Assembly (NCBI GenBank): GCA_039802865.1
Contig: JBDRXL010000001.1
Coordinates: 1,723 to 65,722, forward strand
Source of the DNA: a candidate division WOR-3 bacterium
Lineage (GTDB): Bacteria; Hydrothermota; Hydrothermia; LBFQ01; DSFT01
Reading direction: 5' to 3'
DNA length: 64,000 nt
Part shown: piece by piece, positions 39,239 to 49,426 of the stretch
Position numbering within the stretch: the stretch's first letter is position 1
Layout: each line of letters opens with the position of its first letter
Notes under the pieces: generated by a model
What the model saw: the letters and a program-made list of their open reading frames with translations, nothing else
Database searches by the model: none
What the model was told of the DNA's origin: nothing
Program-made: the position numbers and the translations under genes

Positions 39239-39832
39239 ATGACTGTTCAAGTGCCTGAAATTAAATTGAATGAAAATGTTAAATTAAATAGTAAAGAAAC
39301 CGCTTTAATAATAGTGGATATGCAAAATGATTTTTGTGATGAGAAAGGAAGTTTATTTGTTCCAGAAAGTAGAAAAACAATAGAACCCATTCAAAAACTA
39401 ATAGAAAAAGCAAGAGAAAAGAATGTGAAAATTTTTTATACTCAAGACACTCACAAAAAAGATGATAAAGAATTTGAAATATGGCCTGTTCATGTAGTAG
39501 AAGGAACATGGGGTTGGGAAATTATACCCGAACTTAAACCTACTGAAAATGATATTATTATAAGGAAATTAAGATATGATGGATTTTATGGAACAAGCCT
39601 AGATCATTATTTAAAAATCTACAATATAAGGAACTTGGTAATAGTTGGAACAGTTGCTAATATATGTGTTCTCCATACTGCTGGAAGTGCTGCTTTAAGA
39701 TGGTATAATATAATTGTTCCTATTGATGGGATTTCTGCTTTAAATGAATTTGATTATTATATTGCTTTAAGGCAAATAGACTTTTTATATAAAGGTATTT
39801 TAACGAAAGTTGAATTTATAGAATTTGTATGA
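39239..39832 (+). CDS. Isochorismatase-family cysteine hydrolase (nicotinamidase-like)
   Basis: N-terminal [12 protein letters not shown], catalytic Cys context GTVANICV and a conserved Lys. Confidence 0.65.
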   Translation: MTVQVPEIKLNENVKLNSKETALIIVDMQNDFCDEKGSLFVPESRKTIEPIQKLIEKAREKNVKIFYTQDTHKKDDKEFEIWPVHVVEGTWGWEIIPELKPTENDIIIRKLRYDGFYGTSLDHYLKIYNIRNLVIVGTVANICVLHTAGSAALRWYNIIVPIDGISALNEFDYYIALRQIDFLYKGILTKVEFIEFV

Positions 39833-41688
39833 TAAAAGAATATTTTGATGTAATTGTAATAGGTGGAGGACATGCAGGTATTGAAGCAAGTTTAGCAAGT
39901 GCAAGAATGGGTTTGAAAACTCTTCTATTAACACTTGATATTGATAAAATTGGTCAGATGTCTTGTAATCCAGCTATGGGGGGAATTGCAAAAGCACATT
40001 TAATTAAAGAAATTGATGCACTTGGTGGAGAGATAGCAGTGGCAACAGATGAATGCGCAATATCTACAAAAATGCTAAATGTGAGAAAAGGTCCAGCAGT
40101 ATGGTCTTTAAGAGCACAAGTTGATAGAAAAGCTTATAGAGAAAGGATGAAAAGAGTTGTAATGAATACAAAGAATTTAAGTGTATTTCAAGAGGAAGTT
40201 GTAAAATTAATAATTGATGGATATAAGGCAAAAGGTGTAATTACATCACTTGGATATGAATTTTATGCAAAAGCAATTGTTCTAACAACTGGGACATTTC
40301 TTGGAGGGAAAATTTATATAGGATATAATACTAAAATGGCTGGAAGGCTTGGAGAATCCCCATCTATTGAACTATCTAAGCAATTAAGAGAAATTTTTAA
40401 TATATCAAGATTAAAAACAGGAACATCTCCAAGAATAGATGGGAGAACTATTGATTTTTCAAAATTAAAAATTGATGAACCTGATAATCCACCAAGAGGT
40501 TTTTCATTTAGAAATCCTTACTTAAACATAGAACAATTACCTTGCTATGTAACTTATTCAAATGAAAGAACACATGAAATAGTTATGAAAAATTTACATT
40601 TAGCTCCTATGTATAATGGATTAATAAAAAGTAAAGGTCCAAGATATTGTCCAAGTTTTGAAACAAAAGTTGTAGAATTCTTTAAAGAAGTCAAAAGTCA
40701 TAGAATTGTATTAGAACCAGATGGAAGAGACACAAATGAGTGGTATTTAAATGGCTTTTCAACATCATTACCATTAGAAGTTCAATATGAAATGTTAAGA
40801 ACACTTCCTGGACTTGAAAATGCAGTAATATTAAGACCAGGATATGCAGTAGAATATGATTATGTAGATCCAAGAGAATTATATCCTTGGCTTGAAACAA
40901 AGAAAATAGAAAATCTATTTTTAGCTGGACAAATAAATGGAACAACGGGTTATGAAGAAGCAGCAGCACAAGGTATAATAGCGGGTATTAATGCAGGATT
41001 AAGGGCTATGAATAAAGAACCATTTTTCCTTACAAGACAAGATGGTTATATTGGAGTCTTAATTGATGATTTAATTACAAAAGGAGCAGATGAGCCATAT
41101 AGAATGCTAACCGCAAGAAATGAATATAGATTAATTCATAGAATGGATAATGCTTATGATAGACTTTCAGAATATGGATATAAACTTGGACTTTTAAAAT
41201 ATGAAGATTATAAAATTATAAAAGAAAAAATTGATATTGTGAGAGAGGAAATTGAAAGATTAAAAAATACAAGAATTAAAGCAAGTGAAATAAATCCAAA
41301 ACTTAAAGAGTTAAATAGCTCAGAAGTTAAAGAAAGCATTACCTTAGCAGATCTTTTAAAAAGAGTTGAAATTAAATATGAGCACTTATTAAAGTGGGGA
41401 TATGGTAAAATTGAAGATAAATTATTGATTGAAAAAATTGAAATTGAAATTAAATATGAAGGATATATTAAAAATCTCTTACAAGAAGCAGAAAAATTGA
41501 GGAGAATAGAAAAAGTAATAATTCCAGATGAAATAGATTATTATGCAATAGTTAATGTATCAAACGAAGGAAAAGATAAACTTAACAAATATAAACCAAA
41601 AACAATTGGGCAAGCACTAAGAATTCCAGGCATAAAACCTACGGATGTTATAAATCTTTATTACTATTTACAAAGGAGTAAAAATTGA
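39829..41688 (+). CDS. mnmG: tRNA uridine 5-carboxymethylaminomethyl modification enzyme MnmG (GidA)
   Basis: FAD-binding motif [14 protein letters not shown] and the full-length conserved core. About 619 aa. Confidence 0.9.
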   Translation: MIKEYFDVIVIGGGHAGIEASLASARMGLKTLLLTLDIDKIGQMSCNPAMGGIAKAHLIKEIDALGGEIAVATDECAISTKMLNVRKGPAVWSLRAQVDRKAYRERMKRVVMNTKNLSVFQEEVVKLIIDGYKAKGVITSLGYEFYAKAIVLTTGTFLGGKIYIGYNTKMAGRLGESPSIELSKQLREIFNISRLKTGTSPRIDGRTIDFSKLKIDEPDNPPRGFSFRNPYLNIEQLPCYVTYSNERTHEIVMKNLHLAPMYNGLIKSKGPRYCPSFETKVVEFFKEVKSHRIVLEPDGRDTNEWYLNGFSTSLPLEVQYEMLRTLPGLENAVILRPGYAVEYDYVDPRELYPWLETKKIENLFLAGQINGTTGYEEAAAQGIIAGINAGLRAMNKEPFFLTRQDGYIGVLIDDLITKGADEPYRMLTARNEYRLIHRMDNAYDRLSEYGYKLGLLKYEDYKIIKEKIDIVREEIERLKNTRIKASEINPKLKELNSSEVKESITLADLLKRVEIKYEHLLKWGYGKIEDKLLIEKIEIEIKYEGYIKNLLQEAEKLRRIEKVIIPDEIDYYAIVNVSNEGKDKLNKYKPKTIGQALRIPGIKPTDVINLYYYLQRSKN

Positions 41689-41769
41689 TGGATGTAATTT
41701 ATTTTTCAATTTTGTTATTTATAGCACTTTACTGGGTTTTAAAGCCTATTGTTAAAAGCGCTAAGTGAA

Positions 41770-42202
41770 ATGGATTATACTGTTTCTGAAGTATTTAAGG
41801 AAGTGTTTGAGGCCTTATATGGCAACAAACTCGGTAATCTATATAGTAATGCACGAAATGATATTACTACTATATTTGGGGCTCACAGAACAAAGAATAA
41901 AACAGAAAGTTACTATTGACAAAGAAATTATTTATAAAAGAATAAGTGGTCAAGAGATAGTTTCTTATGGAGTATTTGTTGTTGATAATGAAAAAAGGGG
42001 ATCGAACTTCTTTCTTTTAGAAGAAATTGATGAAGATTTTTATGTAAATCCAAGAAACACAATGTTCCAGGTAAAATATAATCCTTTCCTTCGAAAACCC
42101 ATTGACTACTATTCATTCATAATGAACTTAACCAATTCGGTTATCAAGTCCCTTACAAAGAGTTTAAATACAACTAAAACCGAAATTGCTTATCTAACAT
42201 GA
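41770..42202 (+). pseudogene. Disrupted gene remnant upstream of the second DNA MTase. Its N-terminal part (41770-41919, MDYTVSEVFKEVFEALYGNKLGNLYSNARND...) and C-terminal part (about 41920-42202) lie in different frames.
   Basis: The globular-looking N-terminal segment ends at a stop and the rest continues in the +1 frame. The frame switch falls near an A-rich run around 41900-41925. The ORF-track 145-aa GTG-start ORF has a junk-like hydrophobic N-terminus. Confidence 0.3.
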
Positions 42203-43551
42203 GAAAGAATAACATTTTAAATGAAAAAATTGGCTTTGTTCAAACCCCATCAGAAATAGCTAAGTTAATGATTATGTTATCAACAGTTGATAAAAATTCT
42301 AATATATTAGATACGGGTTGTGGAGAAGGTATTTTTTTGCAAGAGCTTGAAAAAGAAGGATATATAAATTGCTATGGTATAGAAATAAATAAAGAGCTTT
42401 ATGAATTATGCAAAAAGAAATTCAAAGATAAATATAAGATAATTTTGGGAGATTTCTTAACTTATAGTTTTAATGAGAAATTTGATTTAATTATAGGAAA
42501 TCCGCCATACATTCATTTTAATCAAATACCTACACAAATTCGAAACAATGTAAGAAAAATTATCAAAACAAGCGAAGGAGATATTTATTATGCTTTTATT
42601 ATAAGGTCAATACAACTTTTAAAAAATGGTGGGGAACTTATATACATTGTCCCCTACTCCTTTTTTTATAACACTTATGCAAAAATAGTAAGGGAATTTA
42701 TACTTAATTATGGAAAAATAGAGATAATTATTGATTTAGATGAAGCAAGAATTTTTAATAATGAAAATCCAGAAACAATTATATTTAAATTTAAAAAGGG
42801 AAAATTCAACTTAAATCAAGAGAAAATAATCCTTTTAAGAATAAAGAGGAAAAATTCAAAACCTTATGAAATATACATAAAAGCAAAAAATTCATTAGAA
42901 ACAAAAAATTCAAACGATTTATTTGAATATAACATAATCCCCCATTATACAAATACAAATCAATGGTCTTCACTATTTTTTTATATTCCTAATTTCAAAT
43001 ATATTCTATTAAAAGAAATTGCAAAAGTTGGTGTAGGAATGGTATCAGGATTTGATAAAGCATTTATAATACAAGATGATAGTAAATTTACTTTTGAAGA
43101 AGGAAAACTTATAAAAAAGTTTGTGAAAGCAAAACATTGTAAGAGATATGTTGTAGATGGATATACAAAATATATTCTTATTGATGATAGCATTAAAAGT
43201 GAAGAATATTTAAAAGAAAATTATCCAAACATTTATTTAAAACTTGAAGTTTATAAGGAAGAAATGAAAAATAGATATTTGGTAAATAAGATGTGGTTTA
43301 ATTGGCAAGCTTTAAGAAACTATGAATTTTTATTAAAAAATTATAATAAAAAACGCATTTATGTGCCCACCTTAGATAGACATAATTATAATAGATTTAG
43401 CTTAGGAGAAGAAGGATTATTACCAGCAGGTGATGTGCTATTTATACAACCATTTGATGAAGAAAATTTATATTTTTTACTTGGTTATCTTAATAGCTCT
43501 TTTTTAGAAAATACTATCTTGAAAATGGAGGAAGAAGAGGAGGACGCATAG
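42199..43551 (+). CDS. Gamma-class (TaqI/Eco57I-like) N6-adenine DNA methyltransferase. Its C-terminus is truncated by a frameshift at a T6 tract (43500-43505); the lost C-terminal ~60 aa continues in the +1 frame to 43733.
   Basis: Motifs FVQTPSEIAKLM, LDTGCGEGIF and IIGNPPYI. In the +1 frame, YLENGGRRGGRIVFTQKFLENAKIPIFENKL... matches the conserved C-terminal end of this MTase family. Confidence 0.6.
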   Translation: MRKNNILNEKIGFVQTPSEIAKLMIMLSTVDKNSNILDTGCGEGIFLQELEKEGYINCYGIEINKELYELCKKKFKDKYKIILGDFLTYSFNEKFDLIIGNPPYIHFNQIPTQIRNNVRKIIKTSEGDIYYAFIIRSIQLLKNGGELIYIVPYSFFYNTYAKIVREFILNYGKIEIIIDLDEARIFNNENPETIIFKFKKGKFNLNQEKIILLRIKRKNSKPYEIYIKAKNSLETKNSNDLFEYNIIPHYTNTNQWSSLFFYIPNFKYILLKEIAKVGVGMVSGFDKAFIIQDDSKFTFEEGKLIKKFVKAKHCKRYVVDGYTKYILIDDSIKSEEYLKENYPNIYLKLEVYKEEMKNRYLVNKMWFNWQALRNYEFLLKNYNKKRIYVPTLDRHNYNRFSLGEEGLLPAGDVLFIQPFDEENLYFLLGYLNSSFLENTILKMEEEEEDA

Positions 43552-43723
43552 TATTTACACAAAAATTTCTTGAAAATGCAAAAATTCCGATATTTGAAAA
43601 TAAATTAAAAGATGAAATAATAAAAATTACTTTGGAAATTTTAGATAAGAAAAATAAGAATGATATAAGTAATTTAGAAAATGAAATGGATAACATAATA
43701 AATAAATTTATAACTTTAAAATT

Positions 43724-44404
43724 TTGGTCTTGAAAGTTCTTGAAGTAAAAAATTTGAGTGTTTATATAGATGGTAAAGAGATTTTAAAAGATATTAATTT
43801 TTCGCTAAATGAATCAGAGTTATTAATTGTAATTGGTCCAAATGGTGGTGGAAAAACAACCCTTCTTAAAGCAATTTTAAAAATTATACCTTATAAAGGA
43901 GAAGTTTATATTAAAGAAAATTATAAAATTGGTTATTTACCACAAAACATAGAGAATATATCAAATATCCCAATCACCATTTATGAAATTTTAAAATTCT
44001 TTACAAATGTAAAAAAATCAAAAATTGAGGAAATTATGGAAATTTTTGAATTAAAAAATTATAAAAATGAGTTATTTAAAAATGTATCTGGGGGGTTAAA
44101 ACAAAGAACGTTAATTGCACTCAGTATATTAACAGGAAGTAATATCCTATTATTAGATGAGCCTACGAATAATCTTGATTTAAATGCACAGCGTGAATTT
44201 TATGAATTAATTAAAAAATTAAAAAAAGATTTTAAAATATCTACAATTATGGTAAGTCACGATATAGGGATTGTAAGTGCTATTGCTGATAATGTCCTAT
44301 GTTTAAATAAAGTTATGTATTATCATGGAGAACCAAGTTTAAATGAAAAATTGCTTTGTGAATTATATGGAAATGAAATAAAAATTATATTCCATGCTCA
44401 TTAG
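43724..44404 (+). CDS. Metal (Zn/Mn-type) ABC transporter ATP-binding protein
   Basis: Walker A GPNGGGKTT, signature VSGGLKQR and Walker B LLLDEPTNNLD. ZnuC-like size. TTG or GTG start region. Confidence 0.7.
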   Translation: MVLKVLEVKNLSVYIDGKEILKDINFSLNESELLIVIGPNGGGKTTLLKAILKIIPYKGEVYIKENYKIGYLPQNIENISNIPITIYEILKFFTNVKKSKIEEIMEIFELKNYKNELFKNVSGGLKQRTLIALSILTGSNILLLDEPTNNLDLNAQREFYELIKKLKKDFKISTIMVSHDIGIVSAIADNVLCLNKVMYYHGEPSLNEKLLCELYGNEIKIIFHAH

Positions 44405-45161
44405 TGCTATTATATTTAGTGGGATTATATCAATTATTTTAGGAATATTATCTTTTTTTGTAGTTTCAAGAAATTTAGAATTTGCAGGAACTGGTATATC
44501 ACATGCGGTATTTGGAGGAATTGCTCTTGGTATTGCATTAAAAATAAATCCCTTAATTAGTGCTACAATTTTTGCAATTCTCATTTCTATTTTAATTGTA
44601 GAAAGTTCATATAAACAATCAGAAAATACTGCAATTGGTATTATTTATCCATTCTCTATGGCAATTGGAATTATTATTCTTTCAAAATTTTCAAAAAATT
44701 ATCAAGACATTTGGTCATATCTATTTGGAAATATATTCTTTATTACAATTGAAGATTTCATAATTTTTTTAACTTATTCAATAATTGTAATTATTTTTAT
44801 TATTCTTACTTTCAAAAAGCTTATTTTTATAGCCTTCCATAAAGAATTAGCATTAGCTTATAAAATAAATGTAAAACTTTATGATTACTTATTTTTTATA
44901 ATGCTTTCGTTTGGAATAATTTTATCTGTTAAACTCCTTGGAATAATTCTTGCAACTGCTTTCTTAGTAATACCTTCTGCAATTAGTTTTAGATTATTAA
45001 AAGGAATAATAAAAAACATCATTTTTTCACCAATTATAGCATTTATCCTTACAACAATCGGCATTACAATATCTTATCTTTTTGATATTCCAACAGGTTC
45101 AACTATTATTGCTATTAGCTCAATTGCTTATTTAATTTTAATTTATATTTTTAGACAATAA
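44394..45161 (+). CDS. Metal ABC transporter permease (ZnuB/MntB-like)
   Basis: Polytopic hydrophobic protein that overlaps the ATPase gene. No adjacent substrate-binding protein gene. Confidence 0.6.
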   Translation: MLISAIIFSGIISIILGILSFFVVSRNLEFAGTGISHAVFGGIALGIALKINPLISATIFAILISILIVESSYKQSENTAIGIIYPFSMAIGIIILSKFSKNYQDIWSYLFGNIFFITIEDFIIFLTYSIIVIIFIILTFKKLIFIAFHKELALAYKINVKLYDYLFFIMLSFGIILSVKLLGIILATAFLVIPSAISFRLLKGIIKNIIFSPIIAFILTTIGITISYLFDIPTGSTIIAISSIAYLILIYIFRQ

Positions 45162-46311
45162 TTATAATTTCATCTTGTTTTATAGTAGTAATAATAGCTT
45201 GATTATCCTTAATATAAACATTTATCTCTGACCTAATACCAAATTCATTTTCAATATAAATGCCAGGTTCAATTGAAAATAAACAACCATTTAAAATTCT
45301 TCTATCATCATGTGTTTCAAAATTATCCATATTAACATTTATCCAATGAACATTTTTCCCAATAGAATGCCCTGTTCTATGAATAAAATACTTTAAATAA
45401 CCTTTCTTTTCAATATAGCTTCTTACAACATCATCTACTTCATATCCAAAAATTGGTAAATTTTTACTTAATTTTTCATTAATAAATTCAACCGCTAAAT
45501 CTCTTGCACTTTTAACAATCTCAAAGACTTCCTTATATTTCTCAAAAATTTTATCTCCATAAAAGCCAACCCAAGTAATATCATAATAAATACTATTTTC
45601 TTTATTAACTCTTGCCCAAATATCAATTAAAAATGGCTTATTATATTCAATTTTCTTAAAATTGGATTTTGTAGGCATATAATGTGGATTTGCAGAATTT
45701 TCAGAAATGGCAAAAATTGGATAATCACCATCTGTTGTTAAATTATTACAAATTAACTCATTATATATAAATTGTTGAGCTTCATATTCATTTTTAAAGT
45801 ACTTGATATTTTCAAATGTTTTAAATAAAACATTCTTTATAATTTCACCTGCTTCATAATGAGTTTTTATTTCATCTTCACTAATTAAAGAAAACATTTG
45901 AACTAAATTTGCAGAAGAAACAATTTCAATGTTTAAGCTTTTTAAAATTTCATAAGTTCCAGCATCTAATATAGAAATATATGGAATTGAGCAATTTTTG
46001 GAATATTCCATAGCAATTAACTTATAATTTTTTAAAATATCTTTTAATTTTTCTCTCAATTCAATCCATGTTAAATATAATATTTTCTTTCCAGGTAAAT
46101 GTTCAAGTTTATGTGGTTCAACCCTTGACAATAATTTTATTGGTTCTCCATCCTTTGGTATAAAATAAAACCATCTTCTTGTAAAATGCTCCTTTGGATT
46201 TATATTTAATATCCAATGAGCTATATAATTTCTATTTTGAAAATCATAAAATAACCATCCGTCTAAATTAAAATCCTTTAATAATGTTTGAATTTTTAAA
46301 ATTCTGTCCAT
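45151..46311 (-). CDS. M24-family metallopeptidase (Xaa-Pro aminopeptidase/prolidase-like)
   Basis: C-terminal pita-bread fold motifs HRTGHSIG and FSIEPGIY. Confidence 0.65.
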   Translation of the reverse strand: MDRILKIQTLLKDFNLDGWLFYDFQNRNYIAHWILNINPKEHFTRRWFYFIPKDGEPIKLLSRVEPHKLEHLPGKKILYLTWIELREKLKDILKNYKLIAMEYSKNCSIPYISILDAGTYEILKSLNIEIVSSANLVQMFSLISEDEIKTHYEAGEIIKNVLFKTFENIKYFKNEYEAQQFIYNELICNNLTTDGDYPIFAISENSANPHYMPTKSNFKKIEYNKPFLIDIWARVNKENSIYYDITWVGFYGDKIFEKYKEVFEIVKSARDLAVEFINEKLSKNLPIFGYEVDDVVRSYIEKKGYLKYFIHRTGHSIGKNVHWINVNMDNFETHDDRRILNGCLFSIEPGIYIENEFGIRSEINVYIKDNQAIITTIKQDEIIIIV

Positions 46312-46889
46312 GGAAGAATTTCTTTTATTCTTAAAATTTTCTCATCCTTTATATCTTTATAATCCCCAACCATTATAGTATCTGGTCCCAATTTAGCATA
46401 AACAATAAAACTATCAGGAGCAAATATATAATATCTTCTTATGATTTTTTGAGAGTTTGGTGTTTTTTCAAAGTAATAATAATTTATGGCATATCTTAGA
46501 TTTTCAGATTTTTCAACACTTATTAATGTCCTTGAAAAATAATCATTACCAGAAATTATAAACTCCCTATTAAAACCATTTACAAATGGATATGGGAAAT
46601 AAGGTAAATAACCGTCATAAGCAATAATAAGTTGGTCATTTTTAGAATATTCAATGGTTCTTCTTATCAAAATCATATCCCCAGTATATAATAATTTTTC
46701 TAAATTTCCTTCAAAATCCAAAACTATAAATAAACTATCATCTTTAATTGCTTTTATTTGAAATTCTTGATTATTTTGATCTAAATAAATCCAAGTAGAA
46801 AACTTTTTAAATGGTAAATAATTTGAAACTTCAATATCAATTATTTTAGAACAAGCAAAAAGAAATAAAAAAATTATAAACCTTGACAT
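46296..46889 (-). CDS. Lipoprotein of unknown function
   Basis: Lipobox FLFACSK. Confidence 0.4.
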   Translation of the reverse strand: MSRFIIFLFLFACSKIIDIEVSNYLPFKKFSTWIYLDQNNQEFQIKAIKDDSLFIVLDFEGNLEKLLYTGDMILIRRTIEYSKNDQLIIAYDGYLPYFPYPFVNGFNREFIISGNDYFSRTLISVEKSENLRYAINYYYFEKTPNSQKIIRRYYIFAPDSFIVYAKLGPDTIMVGDYKDIKDEKILRIKEILPWTEF

Positions 46890-47197
46890 CTCGGAAATGC
46901 ATTATATAACTTATTAAAGCTTTCAAGAATTTGATTATAAAATTTTAAAGGATTTTGAGCTTTAAAAAAAGAAAAACCTAATCTATAACCTTCATTTATA
47001 ATTCCTTTTAGACATTTATTTGGATTTTCATAAATTCTCAATAACTCTTCCCTTATATTTTCTGAATAACCAAAATATAAAATCTCATTTTTTTCATACT
47101 CAAAAATATAAAAAACACCAGGCTCATTTGGAGAAAACTTATTAATGTAAAAATCATTAAATGGATATTTCCTATGCCAATCTGGCCATTTATGCAT
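46874..47197 (-). CDS. Small GIY-YIG-like domain protein (tentative)
   Basis: Motif PGVFYIFEYEKNEILYFGYSENIREEL resembles the GIY...YIG...R pattern. Recurrent promoter motif directly upstream. Confidence 0.3.
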   Translation of the reverse strand: MHKWPDWHRKYPFNDFYINKFSPNEPGVFYIFEYEKNEILYFGYSENIREELLRIYENPNKCLKGIINEGYRLGFSFFKAQNPLKFYNQILESFNKLYNAFPRCQGL

Positions 47198-47216
47198 AGC
47201 TTGAAATTTTAAAGCT
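47198..47216 (-). promoter_or_regulatory. Near-palindromic promoter-like motif AGCTTTAAAATTTCAAGCT upstream of the small GIY-YIG-like gene
   Basis: Recurrent motif. Confidence 0.35.
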
Positions 47217-48333
47217 ACGTATTTTTAAATCTCCTCAAATAATCCTCCTTAAACTCATAAAAATAGCCTTCTCTGATAGCTTTTCTAATTTGTTCTAAAA
47301 ATTTTATAAAGAAATAAACAGAATGATAACTTGCTAAAATTCCTGCACTTACTTCATTTATAGAAAACAAATATCTAATATATGCTCTTGAATAATTTTT
47401 ACAAACTTTACAATCACAATTTACATCAAGTGGTCTTTCATCATTCTTATATTTTGCATTTTCTATCCTTAAAATTCCTTCACTTGTAAAAACTGTTCCC
47501 CTTCTTGAATTTCTTGTTGGAATAACACAATCAAACAAATCCACACCTAAGCTAATATATTCAAGAATTTCATCAGGTTTTCCTATTCCCATTAAATATC
47601 TTACTTTATTTTCAGGTAATTTTGGAACAAATTCCCTAACTACCCAATCCCTTTCTTCTCTTGGTTCTCCAAGTGCAAGTCCTCCAATTGCATAACCATC
47701 AAAATTCAAACCTAAAATCTCATTAAATGATTTTTCCCTTAAATTTTTATAAAATCCACCTTGAATTATACCAAATAATGCTCCTTTTGGTTTTACTTCT
47801 TCATAATATCTTTTTGATTCTATTGCCCATTTTGTTGTTAAATTAACACTTAATAAATTTTCTTCATAGCTTGAAGGATATTTCGTAGGATAATCCAAAA
47901 CCATCATTATATCTGAATTTAATTTCATTTGTATATCTATTACTTTTTTTGGTGTAAGCTCAACTATTGAACCATCAATATGAGAACGAAATATAAAACC
48001 ATATTCTTTTACTTTTCTAAACTTTGAAAGTGAAAATACTTGAAATCCACCAGAATCCGTTAAAATTGAACCATTAAAATTTATAAATTTATGAAGTCCT
48101 CCCATACTTTCTATCAAATCCTCCCCAGGTCTTAAATGTAAATGATATGTATTACATACAATAATTTGAGCTCCCATTTCCATTAAATCTAAAGTTGTTA
48201 ATGACTTTATCGTTCCTGTTGTGGCAACAGGCATAAAGTTAGGAAGCTCAACAATAGAAGTTTTTGTTTGTAAAACTGAATATCTTGCAAAAGTTCTATT
48301 ATCTTTCTTTATTATCTCAAATTTCAAACTCAT
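47215..48333 (-). CDS. tgt: Queuine tRNA-ribosyltransferase
   Basis: Conserved TGT core (LVELPNFMPVATTG, DLFDCVIPTRN) and zinc motif CDCKVCKNYSRAYIRYL. Confidence 0.85.
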   Translation of the reverse strand: MSLKFEIIKKDNRTFARYSVLQTKTSIVELPNFMPVATTGTIKSLTTLDLMEMGAQIIVCNTYHLHLRPGEDLIESMGGLHKFINFNGSILTDSGGFQVFSLSKFRKVKEYGFIFRSHIDGSIVELTPKKVIDIQMKLNSDIMMVLDYPTKYPSSYEENLLSVNLTTKWAIESKRYYEEVKPKGALFGIIQGGFYKNLREKSFNEILGLNFDGYAIGGLALGEPREERDWVVREFVPKLPENKVRYLMGIGKPDEILEYISLGVDLFDCVIPTRNSRRGTVFTSEGILRIENAKYKNDERPLDVNCDCKVCKNYSRAYIRYLFSINEVSAGILASYHSVYFFIKFLEQIRKAIREGYFYEFKEDYLRRFKNT

Positions 48334-49426
48334 TTAAAACACTTTCAAATAAATTGCTATCTATTAAAAAGCTAATCCTTAAATCTGATATCGTTAAAAA
48401 TGAAATAGGATATTTTATAATTTTTGAATGAATTTCAGGACTATTTAAAAGTCCATAACCAATTATTGAAACAAACTTCTTATTATCTTCAAAATCAAAA
48501 TTTTTAAACAAATTTGAAAATGCTTTAAAATCACTTGACTTTATAATTAAAACTGCCTTATCTACAAACTTTTGAAACAAAATAATTTGAATATCATTTT
48601 GAGAAAGTAAGTTCAATATCTCGTCATTATAATTCATAACAATTTTAATAACATCTAATTGAGTTATTGCGTTTATTTTTGGACTTTCAAGAAAATTCCC
48701 AACCATCGTCCCATCCCCCCTTTCAAAAGAGCTATAAATATAAAATGGAAAATTAAACTTTGCACTTAAACTAACCGCTCTTGAATGCATAACCTTTGCA
48801 CCAAAACTTGCCATTTCAATTAACATATCAAAACTAATTTTTTCAAATTTTTTGGAATTTTTTATTCTTGGGTCAATTGCATAAACTCCATCAACATCTG
48901 TATATATTTCACACTTTACATTTTCAAATTTTTTGGAAAGTTCAATAGCAATAGCAATTGCTGTTAAATCACTTCCTCCCCTTCCAAGTGTTGTAATTTC
49001 TTTTTCAATACTAACCCCCTGAAATCCAGCAATAATGGGAACTTCATTATTATTCAGGCAATCCAAAACTCTATTTAATTTTACTTCTATAATTCTTGCA
49101 TTATTAAATCTATTTTCTGTAATTATTCCAACCTGGGAACCTGTAAATGATTTAGAAGGTATTCCAATTTTATTTAAAGCAATTGACAATAATGCCATAG
49201 ATATTCTTTCCCCAACAGATATTAACATATCTACTTCTCTTTTAGGTGGATTTTCTGAAATCTCATATGCTAAATTTAATAAATTATCCGTAGATTTACC
49301 CATTGCTGAAACTACTACAACAGGTTTATAACCTTCATCTATTTTACTTTTTATAATATTGGCAACATTTATTATTCTATCTTTATTAGCGACAGAAGAG
49401 CCTCCAAATTTCATTACAACTATCAT
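48317..49426 (-). CDS. lysC: Aspartate kinase (monofunctional, with ACT domains)
   Basis: N-terminal VVMKFGGSSV and amino-acid kinase fold. About 369 aa. Confidence 0.8.
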   Translation of the reverse strand: MIVVMKFGGSSVANKDRIINVANIIKSKIDEGYKPVVVVSAMGKSTDNLLNLAYEISENPPKREVDMLISVGERISMALLSIALNKIGIPSKSFTGSQVGIITENRFNNARIIEVKLNRVLDCLNNNEVPIIAGFQGVSIEKEITTLGRGGSDLTAIAIAIELSKKFENVKCEIYTDVDGVYAIDPRIKNSKKFEKISFDMLIEMASFGAKVMHSRAVSLSAKFNFPFYIYSSFERGDGTMVGNFLESPKINAITQLDVIKIVMNYNDEILNLLSQNDIQIILFQKFVDKAVLIIKSSDFKAFSNLFKNFDFEDNKKFVSIIGYGLLNSPEIHSKIIKYPISFLTISDLRISFLIDSNLFESVLNEFEI

